A DNA stretch of 59,865 nucleotides, filler included, from 4 parts of 4 records of this genome joined end to end with filler, not necessarily neighbours in it; one strand, 5' to 3'; positions 48,479-59,865 are shown, numbered from the whole stretch's first letter. The notes: generated from the letters alone by a model not told the origin. Program-made: numbers and translations.

Positions 48479-48570
48479 TGCGTGCTTTGCCCCTTTTACA
48501 GACAACCAACCATGCTAGGTTCCGAGCCCAACCTGATCCCATTCAACACTAAGCTGGCCAAGAAACACGG

Positions 48571-49806
48571 ATGTACACGGTCCTTCAAGATTTGACAGTC
48601 GTCGAGGGCGCATCTTTCATCGCCGCGCCGTCCTGTACCCTGAACATGCTGCAGATGGGCGCGACGGTGATCCGCTTCGACGCTATCGGCGGCGGGCTTG
48701 ATTACCGGCGCTGGCCGAAGGCCCCGAACGGCGCCAGCCTCTATTGGGAAGGCCTGAACAAGGGCAAGAAGTCCGTGGCGCTGGATCTGCGCAATCCGGA
48801 AGGCCGGGAGCTGGCCCTGCAGCTCGCAACCGCCCCCGGTGAAGGGCGCGGCCTGTTCGTCACCAATTACCCGGTCTCCGGCTTCCTCTCGCATGAGGCC
48901 TTGAAGGCGCGGCGCGCGGATATCATCACTGTCCGCGTCATGGGCTGGGCGGATGGCACCCAAGGCGTCGACTACACGGCCAATGCCGGTGCCGGTTTCC
49001 CGCTGATAACCGGCGAGCCGGGTCCCGTCGGCGAGAAGCGCCCGGTGAACCATGTGCTGCCCGCCTGGGACCTGATCGCCGGTGCCAACGCGGCCTTCGC
49101 CATGCTAGCGGCCGAACGGGAGCGCCAGAAGACCGGCCAGGGCGCCGAAATCCGCCTGCCGCTTGGCGATGTCGCGCTCACCACCCTCGGCACCCTCGGC
49201 CAGGTTGCCGAAGTGATGACGGAGGAAGAAGACCGGCCAAGCTACGGCAATGACGTGTTCGGAGCCTTCGGGCGGGACTTTCGGACCAGCGACGGCCACT
49301 ACATCATGCTCATCGCCCTTTCGCCCCGGCAATGGACCGGCTTGCTGACAGCCCTTGGCATCGACGCGGAAATCGCCGCCATCGAGGCGGAGACCGGCGT
49401 GAGTTTCGCCAAGGATGAAGGGCTGCGCTTCGACTACCGGGAGAAGATCAATCCTGTCGTCGAGCGCGTTGTCGCGGCGGAGACGCTGGATGCCCTTGCA
49501 CCGCGCTTCAAGGAGAACGGTGTCTGTTGGGAGCCGTACCGCACAGTGCGCGAAGCAGTCGCGAGCGAACGCTTCAAGACCATGGGCAAGCCTTACAGCG
49601 ACGTCACCCACGGCAGCGGGCTGACTTATCCGACTTCCGACACGCCGATTGATTTTTACGGACAGGCCTCCGAGGTTCCAACACCGGCACCGCAGTTGGG
49701 ACAGCACACTGATGAGGTTCTGGCGGATTTTCTCGGTCTCGACAGTGGCGCCATCGGGCGGCTGCACGATGAAGGCATCGTCGCCGGTCCCGGGCATTCC
49801 GACTGA
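48571..49806 (+). CDS. mct: Family III CoA-transferase, mesaconyl-CoA C1-C4 transferase (Mct)-like
   Basis: [23 protein letters not shown] and [10 protein letters not shown] motifs. Confidence 0.75.
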   Translation: MYTVLQDLTVVEGASFIAAPSCTLNMLQMGATVIRFDAIGGGLDYRRWPKAPNGASLYWEGLNKGKKSVALDLRNPEGRELALQLATAPGEGRGLFVTNYPVSGFLSHEALKARRADIITVRVMGWADGTQGVDYTANAGAGFPLITGEPGPVGEKRPVNHVLPAWDLIAGANAAFAMLAAERERQKTGQGAEIRLPLGDVALTTLGTLGQVAEVMTEEEDRPSYGNDVFGAFGRDFRTSDGHYIMLIALSPRQWTGLLTALGIDAEIAAIEAETGVSFAKDEGLRFDYREKINPVVERVVAAETLDALAPRFKENGVCWEPYRTVREAVASERFKTMGKPYSDVTHGSGLTYPTSDTPIDFYGQASEVPTPAPQLGQHTDEVLADFLGLDSGAIGRLHDEGIVAGPGHSD

Positions 49807-49814
49807 GCCGCACC

Positions 49815-51065
49815 ATGACACACTCGAAAATGACACGGGAAGAGTTCGCGGCCTTCGATGCTGCCGATCCCCTCGCCTCGTTCCGCGCGGAATTCGAGCT
49901 GCCGGAAGATGTGATCTACCTCGACGGCAATTCCCTCGGACCGCTGCCCCGCATCGCGCGGGAACGTGTTGCCGCCTGCGTGACGCACGAATGGGGTAAC
50001 GGCCTGATCCGAAGCTGGAACGATGCGGGATGGATTGATCTTCCCACGCGCGTCGGCAGCAAGATCGGCGCGCTGATTGGCGCCGAGGCGGATAGCGTCG
50101 TCGCGGCAGATTCGACCTCGGTCAATCTCTTCAAATGCCTCTCCGCCGCGCTGGCACTTCGGCCGGAGCGTTGCGTCATCGTCTCGGAGAAATCGAACTT
50201 CCCGACCGATCTCTATATGGCGGAAGGTCTGTCTGCATTGCTTGGCGACCGGCACGAACTCCGGCTGATCGAGGATCCGAACGAGCTGCCGGACGCTCTT
50301 AAAGACGATGTCGCGGTGCTGATGCTGACCCATGTCAACTACCGCACCGGATACATGCACGACATGAAAACGGTGACAGACGCCGCCCACGCCGCAGGTG
50401 CGCTAACGCTTTGGGATCTCGCCCATTCCGCCGGTGCTGTTCCGGTCGATCTCGCGACGGCCAAGGCGGATTTCGCGGTCGGTTGCGGCTACAAATACCT
50501 AAATGGCGGCCCCGGTGCCCCGGCATTCCTCTATGTCGCGCCGCGCCATCAGGAAGCGGCCTCCCAGCCCCTCACCGGCTGGTTCGCCCACAAAGCGCCG
50601 TTCGCCTTCGATCACCGGTTCGCGCCAACGGACGGGGTCGGGAAATTCCTTTGTGGCACGCCGCCGGTGCTGGCCATGACAGCGCTCGATGCGGCGATGG
50701 ACATCTGGGCCCGCGCCGACATGGATGCCGTCCGGGCGATATCAGTGGCGCTGACCGAGAGCTTCATCACTCTGGTCGAAGAGCGTTGCGCCGGTCTCGG
50801 CCTGACACTCGCCAGCCCGCGAGATCCCGCCCAACGCGGCAGCCAGATCTCCTTCGCGCATGAAAACGGCTATCCGGTGATGCAGGCCCTGATCGCCCGT
50901 GGCGTTATCGGCGATTTCCGGGCACCGGACCTTCTGAGGTTCGGCTTTACGCCGCTCTATACCCGGTTCACGGATATCTGGGATGCGGTCGAGCAGCTAC
51001 GTGACATCCTGATAACCGGTGCCTGGGACCGGCCTGAATTCCATGCACGGGCGGCTGTTACCTAA
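49815..51065 (+). CDS. kynU: Kynureninase
   Basis: [18 protein letters not shown] and [14 protein letters not shown] motifs. Confidence 0.95.
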   Translation: MTHSKMTREEFAAFDAADPLASFRAEFELPEDVIYLDGNSLGPLPRIARERVAACVTHEWGNGLIRSWNDAGWIDLPTRVGSKIGALIGAEADSVVAADSTSVNLFKCLSAALALRPERCVIVSEKSNFPTDLYMAEGLSALLGDRHELRLIEDPNELPDALKDDVAVLMLTHVNYRTGYMHDMKTVTDAAHAAGALTLWDLAHSAGAVPVDLATAKADFAVGCGYKYLNGGPGAPAFLYVAPRHQEAASQPLTGWFAHKAPFAFDHRFAPTDGVGKFLCGTPPVLAMTALDAAMDIWARADMDAVRAISVALTESFITLVEERCAGLGLTLASPRDPAQRGSQISFAHENGYPVMQALIARGVIGDFRAPDLLRFGFTPLYTRFTDIWDAVEQLRDILITGAWDRPEFHARAAVT

Positions 51066-51745
51066 GCTTCCGGAAAACACTCCCGGAACCGGCGTTCTCC
51101 CTCTCCGGTAAAGGAGACAACGCGGGAGCCTTCGATCCGGTGCGCCCAGCCAAGATCGTAGAACCGGTCCAGTAGCCCGGTGCCGAGCGCACCCGCCAGA
51201 TGGGTGCGCCTCTCGCTCCAGTCGAGGCAGGATCGGCACAACGGACGGCGCGATTTTTCCAGATCCGGCAGTGCGATACCAAGTTCGCCGACGAAGCCTT
51301 CTCCCGCTTCCGTAAGGAAAATCTCTTCGCCGTCTTCCGCCAGAAAATCACGCGCCACCATGCTGTCGAACATGCGGACACCATAGTCCCCGGCCAGATG
51401 GTTGTAGCAAACCCGCGCCTTGCGCAGCGCCGGATCGCGCGGGCCGGTCCGGGCCCGCATATGTCCGCGTTTCGCCGCCAGCCCCATCATCGCTTCCAGC
51501 AAATTTCCGACCTCGTCATCCGCGAGCGCAAAATAGCGGTGCCGCCCCTGCTTGCGCTGGGATAGCAGCCCCGCCGTTTCCAGCTTGGAGAGATGGGAGC
51601 TTGCCGTCTGCGCAGTGATACCCGCCTCGGCGGCAAGCTCACTCGCCGTCAAGGCTTTGCCGGTCATCAGCGTGGTCAGCATGTTGGCCCGGGCCGGGTC
51701 TCCAATCAGAGCACCGATCAGGGCGATGTCAGGTCCTTCTTTCAT
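51062..51745 (-). CDS. ArsR-family regulator with a Cys-containing C-terminal domain
   Basis: [26 protein letters not shown] and [13 protein letters not shown] motifs. Confidence 0.92.
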   Translation of the reverse strand: MKEGPDIALIGALIGDPARANMLTTLMTGKALTASELAAEAGITAQTASSHLSKLETAGLLSQRKQGRHRYFALADDEVGNLLEAMMGLAAKRGHMRARTGPRDPALRKARVCYNHLAGDYGVRMFDSMVARDFLAEDGEEIFLTEAGEGFVGELGIALPDLEKSRRPLCRSCLDWSERRTHLAGALGTGLLDRFYDLGWAHRIEGSRVVSFTGEGERRFRECFPEA

Positions 51746-51816
51746 ACTTCGACCATAACCGAAGCATGAACCTGCGCCAAGATGAGATTGTTCGCCCATC
51801 ATACATGGAGGACCAG

Positions 51817-52143
51817 ATGCTTACCTGCTTTATCCGCTATCACATCGACCCGGCCAAGAAAGATCAATTCAATCAATATGCTCGCAACTGGGGGGAAGCC
51901 ATTCCGCGCTGCGGCGCCGATCTGATCGGTTATTTCGCCCCACATGAGGGTTCCAGCACGCTGGCCTATGGTGTCTACAATATCGAGAGCCTGGCAGCCT
52001 ATGAAGCCTACCGCGCGCGACTTTCGGCCGATCCACTCGGCCGGGAAAATTATGAATTCGCACAGAAGGAAAAGTTCCTGCTGCGCGAGGACCGGACTTT
52101 TCTGATCAATGCGTCAAATCCGGCGCCAAAGAGAAATGCCTAG
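51817..52143 (+). CDS. NIPSNAP-family protein
   Basis: [12 protein letters not shown]...GYFAPHEG...SLAAYEAYR. Confidence 0.88.
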   Translation: MLTCFIRYHIDPAKKDQFNQYARNWGEAIPRCGADLIGYFAPHEGSSTLAYGVYNIESLAAYEAYRARLSADPLGRENYEFAQKEKFLLREDRTFLINASNPAPKRNA

Positions 52144-52156
52144 GGAGAAACATGCC

Positions 52157-52504
52157 ATGATAGCCGTGATTTTCGAGGTTGAACCGTATCCGGAACACAA
52201 GGGAAGTTACCTTGAGGTCGCCGCAAGCATGCGTGCGCTGGTGCAGGAGGTGGACGGCTTCATCTCCGTCGAGCGCTTCCAGAGCCTCACAAACGAAAAC
52301 AAACTCCTGTCCCTCTCCTATTTCCGAGACGAGAAAGCGGTCGAGGACTGGCGGAATCTGGTTGCTCATCGCAAGGCTCAGGCAAAGGGACGGGACAAAC
52401 TGTTCCAGAACTATCGGCTGAAGGTGGCGTCCATCCTACGGGATTACGGTCCGAACGACCGGGCAGAGGCGCCCACTGACAGCAATGCGGCCCATATCGG
52501 CTAG
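52157..52504 (+). CDS. Antibiotic biosynthesis monooxygenase (ABM) family protein
   Basis: MIAVIFEV, DGFISVERFQS and HRKAQAKGR motifs. Confidence 0.9.
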   Translation: MIAVIFEVEPYPEHKGSYLEVAASMRALVQEVDGFISVERFQSLTNENKLLSLSYFRDEKAVEDWRNLVAHRKAQAKGRDKLFQNYRLKVASILRDYGPNDRAEAPTDSNAAHIG

Positions 52505-52635
52505 GAGCGCCGCGCGTCTCGCAACTTTCGTGCGAAATCGGAATAGCGTAAGCCATGCGAGCCCGGTTGACCGGCCTCGCTGGCCCGCGTCTAATCTCCA
52601 CCTCACATTCCATAATTTCTACACGGACACATCAC

Positions 52636-53850
52636 ATGACCGACTTTCGCACAGCCAAACCTTCCGCTTTGGGCTTCAGCGGCAAGCGCCTGGAGCGGAT
52701 CGGCGACTGGATGAGGCGCTATGTCGATGACGGCAAGCTCCCCTTCGTCGAAACGTTGATTGCCCGGCGGGGGGAGATCGTGTTTCACGAAACCGTCGGA
52801 CACCGTGATGTGGAGAACGGTCTGAAGGCTGAACCTAACGGCATTCACCGGATTTATTCCATGACCAAGCCGATCGTCAGCACGGCGATCATGCAGCTCC
52901 TGGAAGACGGCAAACTGCAGCTCGATGATCCCCTGGCCTGGCACATCCCGGAACTGGCGAACCTCAAGGTCCTCGAAGAAGATGGTGAAAGCACGCATGT
53001 CGCCAAGACCCAGCCGACCCTGCACCATCTACTGACCCACACATCCGGCCTCACCTACGGCATCTTCGATCCGGGACCGGTCGGCAAGGCGCTGCGCAAG
53101 GCGAAGATCGATTTCTCCGAGAAGCATGGCCGGCTGGACGAGACTGTCGCCAAGCTCGCAGACATCCCGCTGGTCTTTGAGCCCGGCACACGCTGGAACT
53201 ATGGCGTCTCGACGGACGTGCTCGGCCGCGTGGTGGAGACCGCCTCCGGCATGTCCCTACCCGAGTTCCTGCATGACCGCATCTTCGAGCCGCTCGGCAT
53301 GGAAGACACCTTTTTCGCCGTGCCCTCCGACAAACTGGACCGGTTCAGTGCCTGCTATGCCAAAACCGAAGATAACGGTATTCGCCGGATCGACGAGATC
53401 GAGGACAGCCGCTATGCCAATTCGGTCACCATGTTCTCCGGCGGCGGCGGGCTTTGCTCCACGGCGAAAGACTATATGAGTTTCATGGAGATGATCCGTA
53501 CTCATGGCGGCAAGGGCAACGATCCAATCCTTGGCAGGAAATCCGTCGAGCTCATGCTGATGAACCATCTGCCGGGCGACATGGCGTCCATGGGCCAGTC
53601 CGTGTTCAGTGAAATGCCGATGAACGGCATCGGCTTCGGTCTCGGCGGCTCGGTCGTCCTCAACCCGGCAAAAGCACAGGTCCTCGGAACGGCCGGTGAA
53701 TGGGCCTGGGGCGGGGTTGCCTCGACCGGATTCTGGATCGACCCGGCCGAAGAGCTGAGCGTCGTCCACATGACCCAACTTATGCCGTCCTCCTCTTATC
53801 CGTTGCGGCGCGAGCTACGCACACTGGTCTATCAGGCGATGACGAACTAA
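52636..53850 (+). CDS. Serine hydrolase (beta-lactamase/class C esterase family)
   Basis: SMTK (SxxK), [16 protein letters not shown] and WGG motifs. Confidence 0.92.
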   Translation: MTDFRTAKPSALGFSGKRLERIGDWMRRYVDDGKLPFVETLIARRGEIVFHETVGHRDVENGLKAEPNGIHRIYSMTKPIVSTAIMQLLEDGKLQLDDPLAWHIPELANLKVLEEDGESTHVAKTQPTLHHLLTHTSGLTYGIFDPGPVGKALRKAKIDFSEKHGRLDETVAKLADIPLVFEPGTRWNYGVSTDVLGRVVETASGMSLPEFLHDRIFEPLGMEDTFFAVPSDKLDRFSACYAKTEDNGIRRIDEIEDSRYANSVTMFSGGGGLCSTAKDYMSFMEMIRTHGGKGNDPILGRKSVELMLMNHLPGDMASMGQSVFSEMPMNGIGFGLGGSVVLNPAKAQVLGTAGEWAWGGVASTGFWIDPAEELSVVHMTQLMPSSSYPLRRELRTLVYQAMTN

Positions 53851-53857
53851 TAAGGAT

Positions 53858-53883
53858 CCCGGCGGCGTTTGCCCGCCGCCGGG
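53858..53883 (+). terminator. Hairpin after the serine hydrolase
   Basis: Stem CCCGGCGGCG/CGCCGCCGGG; no U-tract. Confidence 0.5.
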
Positions 53884-53927
53884 CCAACGATAAAAATTTA
53901 AAAAAACGACTTCAGGGATGGAATGAC

Positions 53928-54233
53928 GTGACCAGGGACCTCGGGACCTACGACTACATCATTGTCGGTGCGGGCAGCGCCGGCTGCGTGCTGGCAAATC
54001 GGCTGTCCGCCGATCCGGCGAACAAGGTCCTGCTGCTGGAAGCCGGGGGTAACGACAACTACCACTGGATCCACATCCCCGTTGGCTATCTCTACTGCAT
54101 CGGCAACCCGCGCACGGACTGGCTGTTCAAGACCGAGGCCGAACCCGGCCTTGGCGGACGTGCCCTCAACTACCCGCGCGGCAAGGTGATCGGCGGCTGC
54201 TCTTCGATCAACGGCATGATCTATATGCGTGGT
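53928..54233 (+). CDS. GMC oxidoreductase (choline dehydrogenase-like), N-terminal fragment
   Basis: [20 protein letters not shown] and [20 protein letters not shown]; truncated by the linker. Confidence 0.9.
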
Positions 54234-54333
54234 NNNNNNNNNNNNNNNNNNNNNNNNNNNNNNNNNNNNNNNNNNNNTTAATTAATTAANNNNNNNNNNN
54301 NNNNNNNNNNNNNNNNNNNNNNNNNNNNNNNNN
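54234..54333. other. Artificial contig linker
   Basis: N44-TTAATTAATTAA-N44. Confidence 0.99.
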
Positions 54334-54547
54334 GCGGATACATTACCCTTCGGATGGCAGGGTGGTGGTTTGGGCATGTACTCTTGTGTAATGATATTGT
54401 TGATTGGAAACTTTGAGGAAGATAGATGGGAATGTACATGTAAATGCAAGTCGTTTACGTGTTTACAATAGTTTCAAATGTACAATAATATCAAAGTGAT
54501 GTCTAACACCGGTAATGTGTAATAATTTAGTAGTTCGTATCTAGTTG

Positions 54548-56827
54548 TTAATGTTGTTGTGGTGGAGGAGGGGCTAGTGGTGGTGGTGTAGTACCACTCC
54601 CACTAGCCTTCTGCTGCTGCTCTACATGCTTCGATACGAGGGATAGTAGTGAGGACGCCTTCCTAGCGGCCATCTGGTCCCCATAGAGGGTGTTAAAGAA
54701 GTTACCCTGTGACAGCATCATGACTATGCCCTCAGCTACCTGGGATACCCTAGTAGTAGCCATGGTAGCATTGCCGTCCATTGTATCCTTAGAAATCTTA
54801 GAGGTGGCAAGATTATATGCCGCAGCTGCCGATTTATCATTCTCCTCGACATTATGACCATCATCGTCATTCAATAATGAGAAGGGGTCGATGGTGTTGG
54901 GTAGACGAGTAGGATACATCCTATAAGGGGCAGTAGTGGTGGTGACGAGGTGGGTAGTAGTAGTAGCCCGATGTGGGAGGAAGGTAGGAGGGGCAGGGAG
55001 GATATACGCCGCCAATGCGGCCGCAGTAAGACTACCCTCCCCACTTAGCTGTGCAAGGGATTTGGCGAGGGCGGAGTAGAGTGCTTTAATGGTGTCGAGG
55101 TGGGTATGAGAGCACAGACCTGCCCCAATGGCTGAGGGGGTAAGGAGCGGTACCTCCCCACCACCACTCCCACTAACACCTTTAGATGGCGGTGGTGGTG
55201 GTGGATTCATACACGAGCTAGCTAGTAGTGATGCAGGTAGTTTGATCGTCTCCCCGTGGGATATAGTCTTGGAGGCTACCGCTCTTAGCACGACCCTATA
55301 TTTAGCACCACTACCCTCTCCACCCCCACCGCCCTCCGAAGTGATCCAATGTAAATGGACCGCAACATTGGCAGTGGAGGACATACGTACATAGGCAGCC
55401 ATGGAGGAAAGTGGGAAGAAGGCCGAGATGCGCTTAGACACGTCCCCCCTATCCCCACCATTACTATTACCCCCTCCAATACCATTCATCATATCCCTCT
55501 CCAGCAGCTTCCTACGAAGGATCTCGGAGGCTTTCCCCGCACCACCACTTTGTGATGGAGTTAGATTATTGTTGTTACTGGTAACACCACCACCACCGCT
55601 ATTGGGTGCTGGGGTAAGCTGGAAGGAGAAGAGGCTGAGGGATCGGTGCTGAGCTAGGTACATAAGTATTGGGCACCACAGAGCAGCTAGAGACGGGGTG
55701 GCTGTGTTAGTCGCATCCTCAGAAGTGCCGTTGTTTAAAACATCTAGACACTTTGCGGACATCGACCCCAGACCCACTAGGGCAGCGATGGGGTCCCTAT
55801 TGGATATGCTGGCTGATTGTGTGGTGCCAGGGGATGGCCTAGAGGCGGAGTACCCACTCCGAGCAAAGTAGTGACTAAATGCCCCATGTAGCAACGATGA
55901 CGTATTAGTAGAAGAGGACGTAGAAGTAGGAATAGGAGAGCAACCCAGGAGGAGCGGTAGACCGTTAAATAGATTAAAGGTATCAATCTCAACATCCTCC
56001 ACCTCTGACTTAGTAGAGGGTGAGGTCTGGACAGGTGCGTTTCTATCTTCCCTTTGAGCTGCGTAGCCCGCTAGGCAGTAGGATAAGGCACTATAGCCCC
56101 TACCGACATGGGTACCCAGAAGGGCCTTAGTGGCAGCTTGCTGGTTTGATGTATCATTACTACCACCACCACCACTCTTATTATTATTACCCTCAGTACC
56201 CAACTTCCAGACGGCTGCTAGTCGTTGTAAGAAGGCCTTTTGGTCATCTACTGGGGCGGATGTTGGTGGTACTCCTGTTCCCCCTGATGGTGGTGGGGTC
56301 GGAGTGGGGGCTGCGTTCTTAGGTAGTAGTGATCTAAGAGCGTCGAATGTATCTGGGAATACGCTAATAGGGGCCTCCTCCCATAGTATGGTACCGGGGG
56401 GCACCGACCCTCCCCTACCTATAGTAGCTGCCGCCGACGACGCACCACCACTACCACCCCCATTCCGACTGCTGGCAAAGGTAACGGCATCTGTGAGGTG
56501 CAGTACCAACCGTGCATGGGGGGTAAAGGGCTGGGAGGATGCATCGTACCCAAAGCCGTCCCCGAGGCCCGATACCAGCCCAGATGGAGCCCCTGATCCA
56601 CTTAACATACCGCTAGAAGAGGAGACCCCTGCAGCTACCCCATCAATGGGCTGTACACGTACCAAAGGGGGAAGGTACTTACCTGTAATATGGGTAGTGG
56701 GGGAGGATGATGATGAGGATGGGGTAAGAGATAGGGGGGCTACTCCCTCTACCCATACAAAACCATTAGGAGGCCTGGGATACACAAAGTGAGATGATTG
56801 TCTTGGGGCACTGGTTTCTACCGACAT
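54548..56827 (-). CDS. Low-complexity protein with degenerate SET-domain-like motifs
   Basis: Long intronless ORF with VPPGTILWEEAPI, AFFPLSSM and VLRAVASKTISHGETI. Start placed at MSVETS. Confidence 0.6.
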   Translation of the reverse strand: MSVETSAPRQSSHFVYPRPPNGFVWVEGVAPLSLTPSSSSSSPTTHITGKYLPPLVRVQPIDGVAAGVSSSSGMLSGSGAPSGLVSGLGDGFGYDASSQPFTPHARLVLHLTDAVTFASSRNGGGSGGASSAAATIGRGGSVPPGTILWEEAPISVFPDTFDALRSLLPKNAAPTPTPPPSGGTGVPPTSAPVDDQKAFLQRLAAVWKLGTEGNNNKSGGGGSNDTSNQQAATKALLGTHVGRGYSALSYCLAGYAAQREDRNAPVQTSPSTKSEVEDVEIDTFNLFNGLPLLLGCSPIPTSTSSSTNTSSLLHGAFSHYFARSGYSASRPSPGTTQSASISNRDPIAALVGLGSMSAKCLDVLNNGTSEDATNTATPSLAALWCPILMYLAQHRSLSLFSFQLTPAPNSGGGGVTSNNNNLTPSQSGGAGKASEILRRKLLERDMMNGIGGGNSNGGDRGDVSKRISAFFPLSSMAAYVRMSSTANVAVHLHWITSEGGGGGEGSGAKYRVVLRAVASKTISHGETIKLPASLLASSCMNPPPPPPSKGVSGSGGGEVPLLTPSAIGAGLCSHTHLDTIKALYSALAKSLAQLSGEGSLTAAALAAYILPAPPTFLPHRATTTTHLVTTTTAPYRMYPTRLPNTIDPFSLLNDDDGHNVEENDKSAAAAYNLATSKISKDTMDGNATMATTRVSQVAEGIVMMLSQGNFFNTLYGDQMAARKASSLLSLVSKHVEQQQKASGSGTTPPPLAPPPPQQH

Positions 56828-57207
56828 ATTGATAAAGGACAGATAAAAGTGAATGAATGCTTTTTTAATAATAAATTTGATTTGGGGGGAAATGTGGAAC
56901 ATCAAAGGGGATTCGGAATGTCAATTGTCAAACGATAATGTGTGATCAAGATATAATTGTTGTAAATACTGAAAGGAGGGTGTGGTGGTGATGACGATGT
57001 GTTAGGGGATTTTTTGTTGTTGTTAAGGCCAAGAAGGGGAGATGACGCACTCATCCACCAACATCAAGGGGTAAAGAAGAAGATGAGTTGGTTCTGGCAT
57101 TTAAACACAAAAGCTGCAACATTCAAAATATAATGATCCATATCTTGTTGTTAGAATCACTATTTACGGTGTTCTCGTTCTCCCTCTCTTTGATGTTTTG
57201 TCCTTCT

Positions 57208-57225
57208 TGTGTGTGTGTGTGTGTG
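57208..57225. repeat. (TG)9 microsatellite
   Basis: Read directly, in the 3' region of the inhibitor-2 gene. Confidence 0.9.
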
Positions 57226-57250
57226 TTGTTTAAATAGTTGCAGTAACACA

Positions 57251-57748
57251 TTACTCCTCATCCTCCTCGTCCTCGAGATTCTTAGCATTGGCGAGCATTG
57301 CCTTGAATTTAGCCCCCTCGTCGGCATACACGGCCTTCCTCATATGTTGGAACTCGGCCTTGTGCTGCTCCTCGGCGTGGGAGTCATTAGCAGGGGCAGA
57401 TGTATCGAGTGAGAGGCCCCCCTTCTTGAAGTCGGTAGCACCTTGGTTAGCATCATAGGTCGGTGTGTGCACCACTGGTGCCTCAGCCCTAGCCCTCCGA
57501 GCGAAATCACGGGTGTTCTCATCCCACTCGGGATTCTCAGCAGCAGTGGAAGATCCGGGGTTGACCTTGCTCTTGTGGTGCTCGTCATCGGAGTCCACAA
57601 AGTTGCCCTCCTCGTCCATGGCACGGTCAGGCTCGTACGGGGTCTTGGGCTCGTCGATCTTCATAGTAACAGGGTTAGCTGCCTGCCACTCGGCATTATC
57701 ATTCAGGTTGGACTCGTCCCAGACTACACGCTTATCGGTTGATGACAT
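57251..57748 (-). CDS. Protein phosphatase 1 inhibitor-2 (IPP-2) family protein
   Basis: KRVVWDE (RVxW docking motif), MKIDEPKTPY and FQHMRKAVYADE. Confidence 0.9.
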   Translation of the reverse strand: MSSTDKRVVWDESNLNDNAEWQAANPVTMKIDEPKTPYEPDRAMDEEGNFVDSDDEHHKSKVNPGSSTAAENPEWDENTRDFARRARAEAPVVHTPTYDANQGATDFKKGGLSLDTSAPANDSHAEEQHKAEFQHMRKAVYADEGAKFKAMLANAKNLEDEEDEE

Positions 57749-57936
57749 GATGATGATATGGTGGTGGTGATGGTTTTTTAAAAAGTTGGTGGGTTTTAGA
57801 TAGATTGAGATAGTTCAATATCTTAAACAGGAAAGATGAAATGAAGGGGAGATAGAGATATATAAATTAACGGAACTTCAGAACATACCATTTATAAGAA
57901 AAGTTTTAAAATGTGCGGTTGGCGGATGACGTTACT

Positions 57937-58584
57937 TTACTTCCACAGAAGGCCGAACTCTAGCATCTTGGTGAAGAAGATCTCGTAGTCATCGTCCTGG
58001 AAATGTCCACAACCACCCATCTCGACGTAGTGGCACTGCAGCTTATCCTTCAGCCCCCTAGCTACCTCCACTGGTACAAGGTGGTCGTCTCGTGAGTGGA
58101 ATTGTAGAATCTTGGGCACTGCATCACTGTCCTCAGTGGTGGGGGTGGTGTTCCTCCGCATTGCCGCGAAATCGAAGGGCCTGTTGAAATAGCCACTCTC
58201 ACGCTCCAAGCTGTCTCCCATGTCGCTATCGTATGCTGAGACCAGTAGGCAAGCACCAATGGGATGCTCCTCCATGAGTCGAAGGGCACAGGCAGCACCG
58301 CTACTGTGGCCGATTACAAGGGTATCCTTGCCCAGGGGACTACCATCCCCACACTGCGAGAGGAGCTTCTGAACGTACGCCTTCCACACCGATTCGGTAG
58401 CACGGACAGGCTCGGGGAAGCCAGAGAGGATGATATCGTACCCTAAGGCCCGGAGGCTGTCGGCCATCCAGGGGTACCACATACAATCATCGAGACCGTC
58501 AGGCCCCTCATCGCAACCATTACCTGGGATAATGACGGCACGCTTCTGAGTAGTGGTAGTAGTAGTGGTAGGTGACGAAGACAT
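57937..58584 (-). CDS. RBBP9/YdeN-family alpha/beta hydrolase
   Basis: IIPGNG, WYPW, IGHSSGA, FHSRDDHLVP and GHF motifs. Confidence 0.92.
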   Translation of the reverse strand: MSSSPTTTTTTTQKRAVIIPGNGCDEGPDGLDDCMWYPWMADSLRALGYDIILSGFPEPVRATESVWKAYVQKLLSQCGDGSPLGKDTLVIGHSSGAACALRLMEEHPIGACLLVSAYDSDMGDSLERESGYFNRPFDFAAMRRNTTPTTEDSDAVPKILQFHSRDDHLVPVEVARGLKDKLQCHYVEMGGCGHFQDDDYEIFFTKMLEFGLLWK

Positions 58585-59058
58585 AATAATAATAATGTTA
58601 ATATAAAATTGAACTATGGAATGTGTGTTTTTTGCTGTAATGAGGTTGTGAAGAGAGGATCGAAGAAATTAAATAAAACAGTTGACAAAAATGCGCGAAT
58701 CAATGTTGTTTGCCAACCACCCAGGAATCAACAACACATAGTCGTGATGAAGCTCTGTAGGGGAGTGGAGGACAACAACAACTATAAATTTAAAAAAAGG
58801 TGGAAGCTTTTTCTGTGGTGGGATATATCATAGCGAATAAGTGTTGTAGTAATTGGGATTGTTTTCTTTTTGAAAAGCAGAGCAGGGGTGGGAGGGGGAG
58901 GTAGCAGTAAAGTATGTATGTTTCGCTGATTAGGTAGCAAGGTTCTTTGAGTGAGATATGTGTATTGGGGTAACGATGGTACTACCACATACACATAAGT
59001 GTGTGTGTGAATAGCAATCTCTCTTTTGGTGTGGTGGGAGCTCTCGTACCAACATTTA

Positions 59059-59865
59059 TTAGAAGTAGAGGTCCTTGATGCTCTGGGCGGCACGGGTAGC
59101 ATCCCCATTGGCGTAGAAGATGTGAGCCATGATGTCGCAGATCTTGATCGAGTTGCTACCCCTCTCACCAAGGAGGGACTGCACCATCAGCACAGGCTCC
59201 CAATCCACAAGTGCATCGGCGATGAATCCATCGAACTCGGTGAAGCCGTGAAGAGAGGCGAACCTCTCATCGCCGCAAAGGAGCCCTAGCTCATCGAAGC
59301 CCTCGTCGACGGCCTTGCGGAGCTGGCGGAGGATGGGGGCGGCCTCCATGACACCGCCATTCTCCATCTTGGACTGTCGGATGAGGAGGTCGGCAATGGC
59401 GATGTGGTGGGAGGGGTTGGGGGTAGGGCTGACGCGGGATAGGAGGGAGTGGAGAATCATCAACTCACGGAGGTCGTCGGCGGTGGAGGCAGTGGTCTTC
59501 TTGGACTGAAGCTTCTCCTCTACCAAGGCAAGCACACGGCCCATATTCCAGCACACAAAGGTAGCAGCATCATCGTCAGTAGTAGCGGGGGGGATAAGGA
59601 CCGAGAGGCAACGACGGTCCTGGGGGGTCAGCACCTCATCGCACTGAGCTGCATGCACGGCATCAGTTGCCAGGCGGGTGTGGTTACCGCTGTTGAAGAT
59701 CTCGGATAGGAGCTCCTGCTCGGCAACATCTACATCGGCGATGATGATAGGGACACAGGGAATACCCCAGGGGTAGACGACCATGTTTGAATCATTCATG
59801 GCGGCAGCGGGTGCAGCGGCAGCGGAAGAAGAAGATGAAGCAGCGGCGGCAGAGGATGAAGCGGC
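59059..59865 (-). CDS. Hypothetical protein, probably 5'-truncated by the window end
   Basis: The frame is open for 22 Ala/Ser-rich codons upstream of the ATG at 59799, up to the window edge. Confidence 0.7.
   Translation of the reverse strand, partial: AASSSAAAASSSSSAAAAPAAAMNDSNMVVYPWGIPCVPIIIADVDVAEQELLSEIFNSGNHTRLATDAVHAAQCDEVLTPQDRRCLSVLIPPATTDDDAATFVCWNMGRVLALVEEKLQSKKTTASTADDLRELMILHSLLSRVSPTPNPSHHIAIADLLIRQSKMENGGVMEAAPILRQLRKAVDEGFDELGLLCGDERFASLHGFTEFDGFIADALVDWEPVLMVQSLLGERGSNSIKICDIMAHIFYANGDATRAAQSIKDLYF

Noticed and set aside
52636-53850. Possible beta-lactam resistance gene
   Set aside because: The motifs fit the broad esterase-like serine hydrolase family (WGG rather than KTG), in a housekeeping context.
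53893-53909. AAAATTTAAAAAAACGA, one mismatch from the array consensus
   Set aside because: It is on a different organism's contig, is a single copy, lacks the invariant G and sits in a low-complexity A-tract.
6250-54333. Apparent eukaryote-bacterium and Bacteroidota-Alphaproteobacteria juxtapositions (HGT?)
   Set aside because: All three junctions are identical synthetic N/TTAATTAATTAA linkers, so adjacency is an assembly artefact.
54334-54377. Possible N-terminus of a further minus-strand gene (MPKPPPCHPKGNVS...)
   Set aside because: Only 14 codons before the contig edge, which is not enough to support a call.

Overview
This window is four unrelated contigs joined by 100-nt N/TTAATTAATTAA linkers (6250-6349, 31652-31751, 54234-54333). 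(1) 1-6249 and (4) 54334-59865 are intronless, co-oriented eukaryotic gene clusters of a kinetoplastid-like flagellate. They encode a SNAP190-like Myb protein, a flagellar-type adenylate kinase, mitochondrial uL15m, PP1 inhibitor-2, an RBBP9 hydrolase and a degenerate SET protein. (2) 6350-31651 is a Flavobacteriaceae-like ICE segment: traI/J/K/M/N, a FecR/ECF-sigma/SusC/SusD/DUF218/GH92/phosphatase PUL, a glycoside-oxidation operon and a row of small accessory genes. (3) 31752-54233 is GC-rich alphaproteobacterial chromosome: cysG-cysI, TRAP and ABC transporters, a cobalamin riboswitch, an Mct-like CoA transferase, kynU and others. The standout signal is in contig 2. A 17-bp direct repeat (consensus AAAGTTYAANNAAACGA, core GTTY-N4-AAAC, an imperfect palindrome) occurs seven times (five close copies, two degenerate). 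Every copy is on the same strand and at a boundary between gene modules (ParDE TA, acidic orphan, lipoprotein, DUF1398, sugar operon, hydrolase). This suggests an integron/rAID-like gene-cassette array using short recombination sites in ICE cargo; the recombinase is not in the window. Separately, a 20-bp inverted repeat pair (19/20 identical) brackets the 14.2-kb PUL-containing block. Family and taxon calls come from motif recognition only; no database searches were run.
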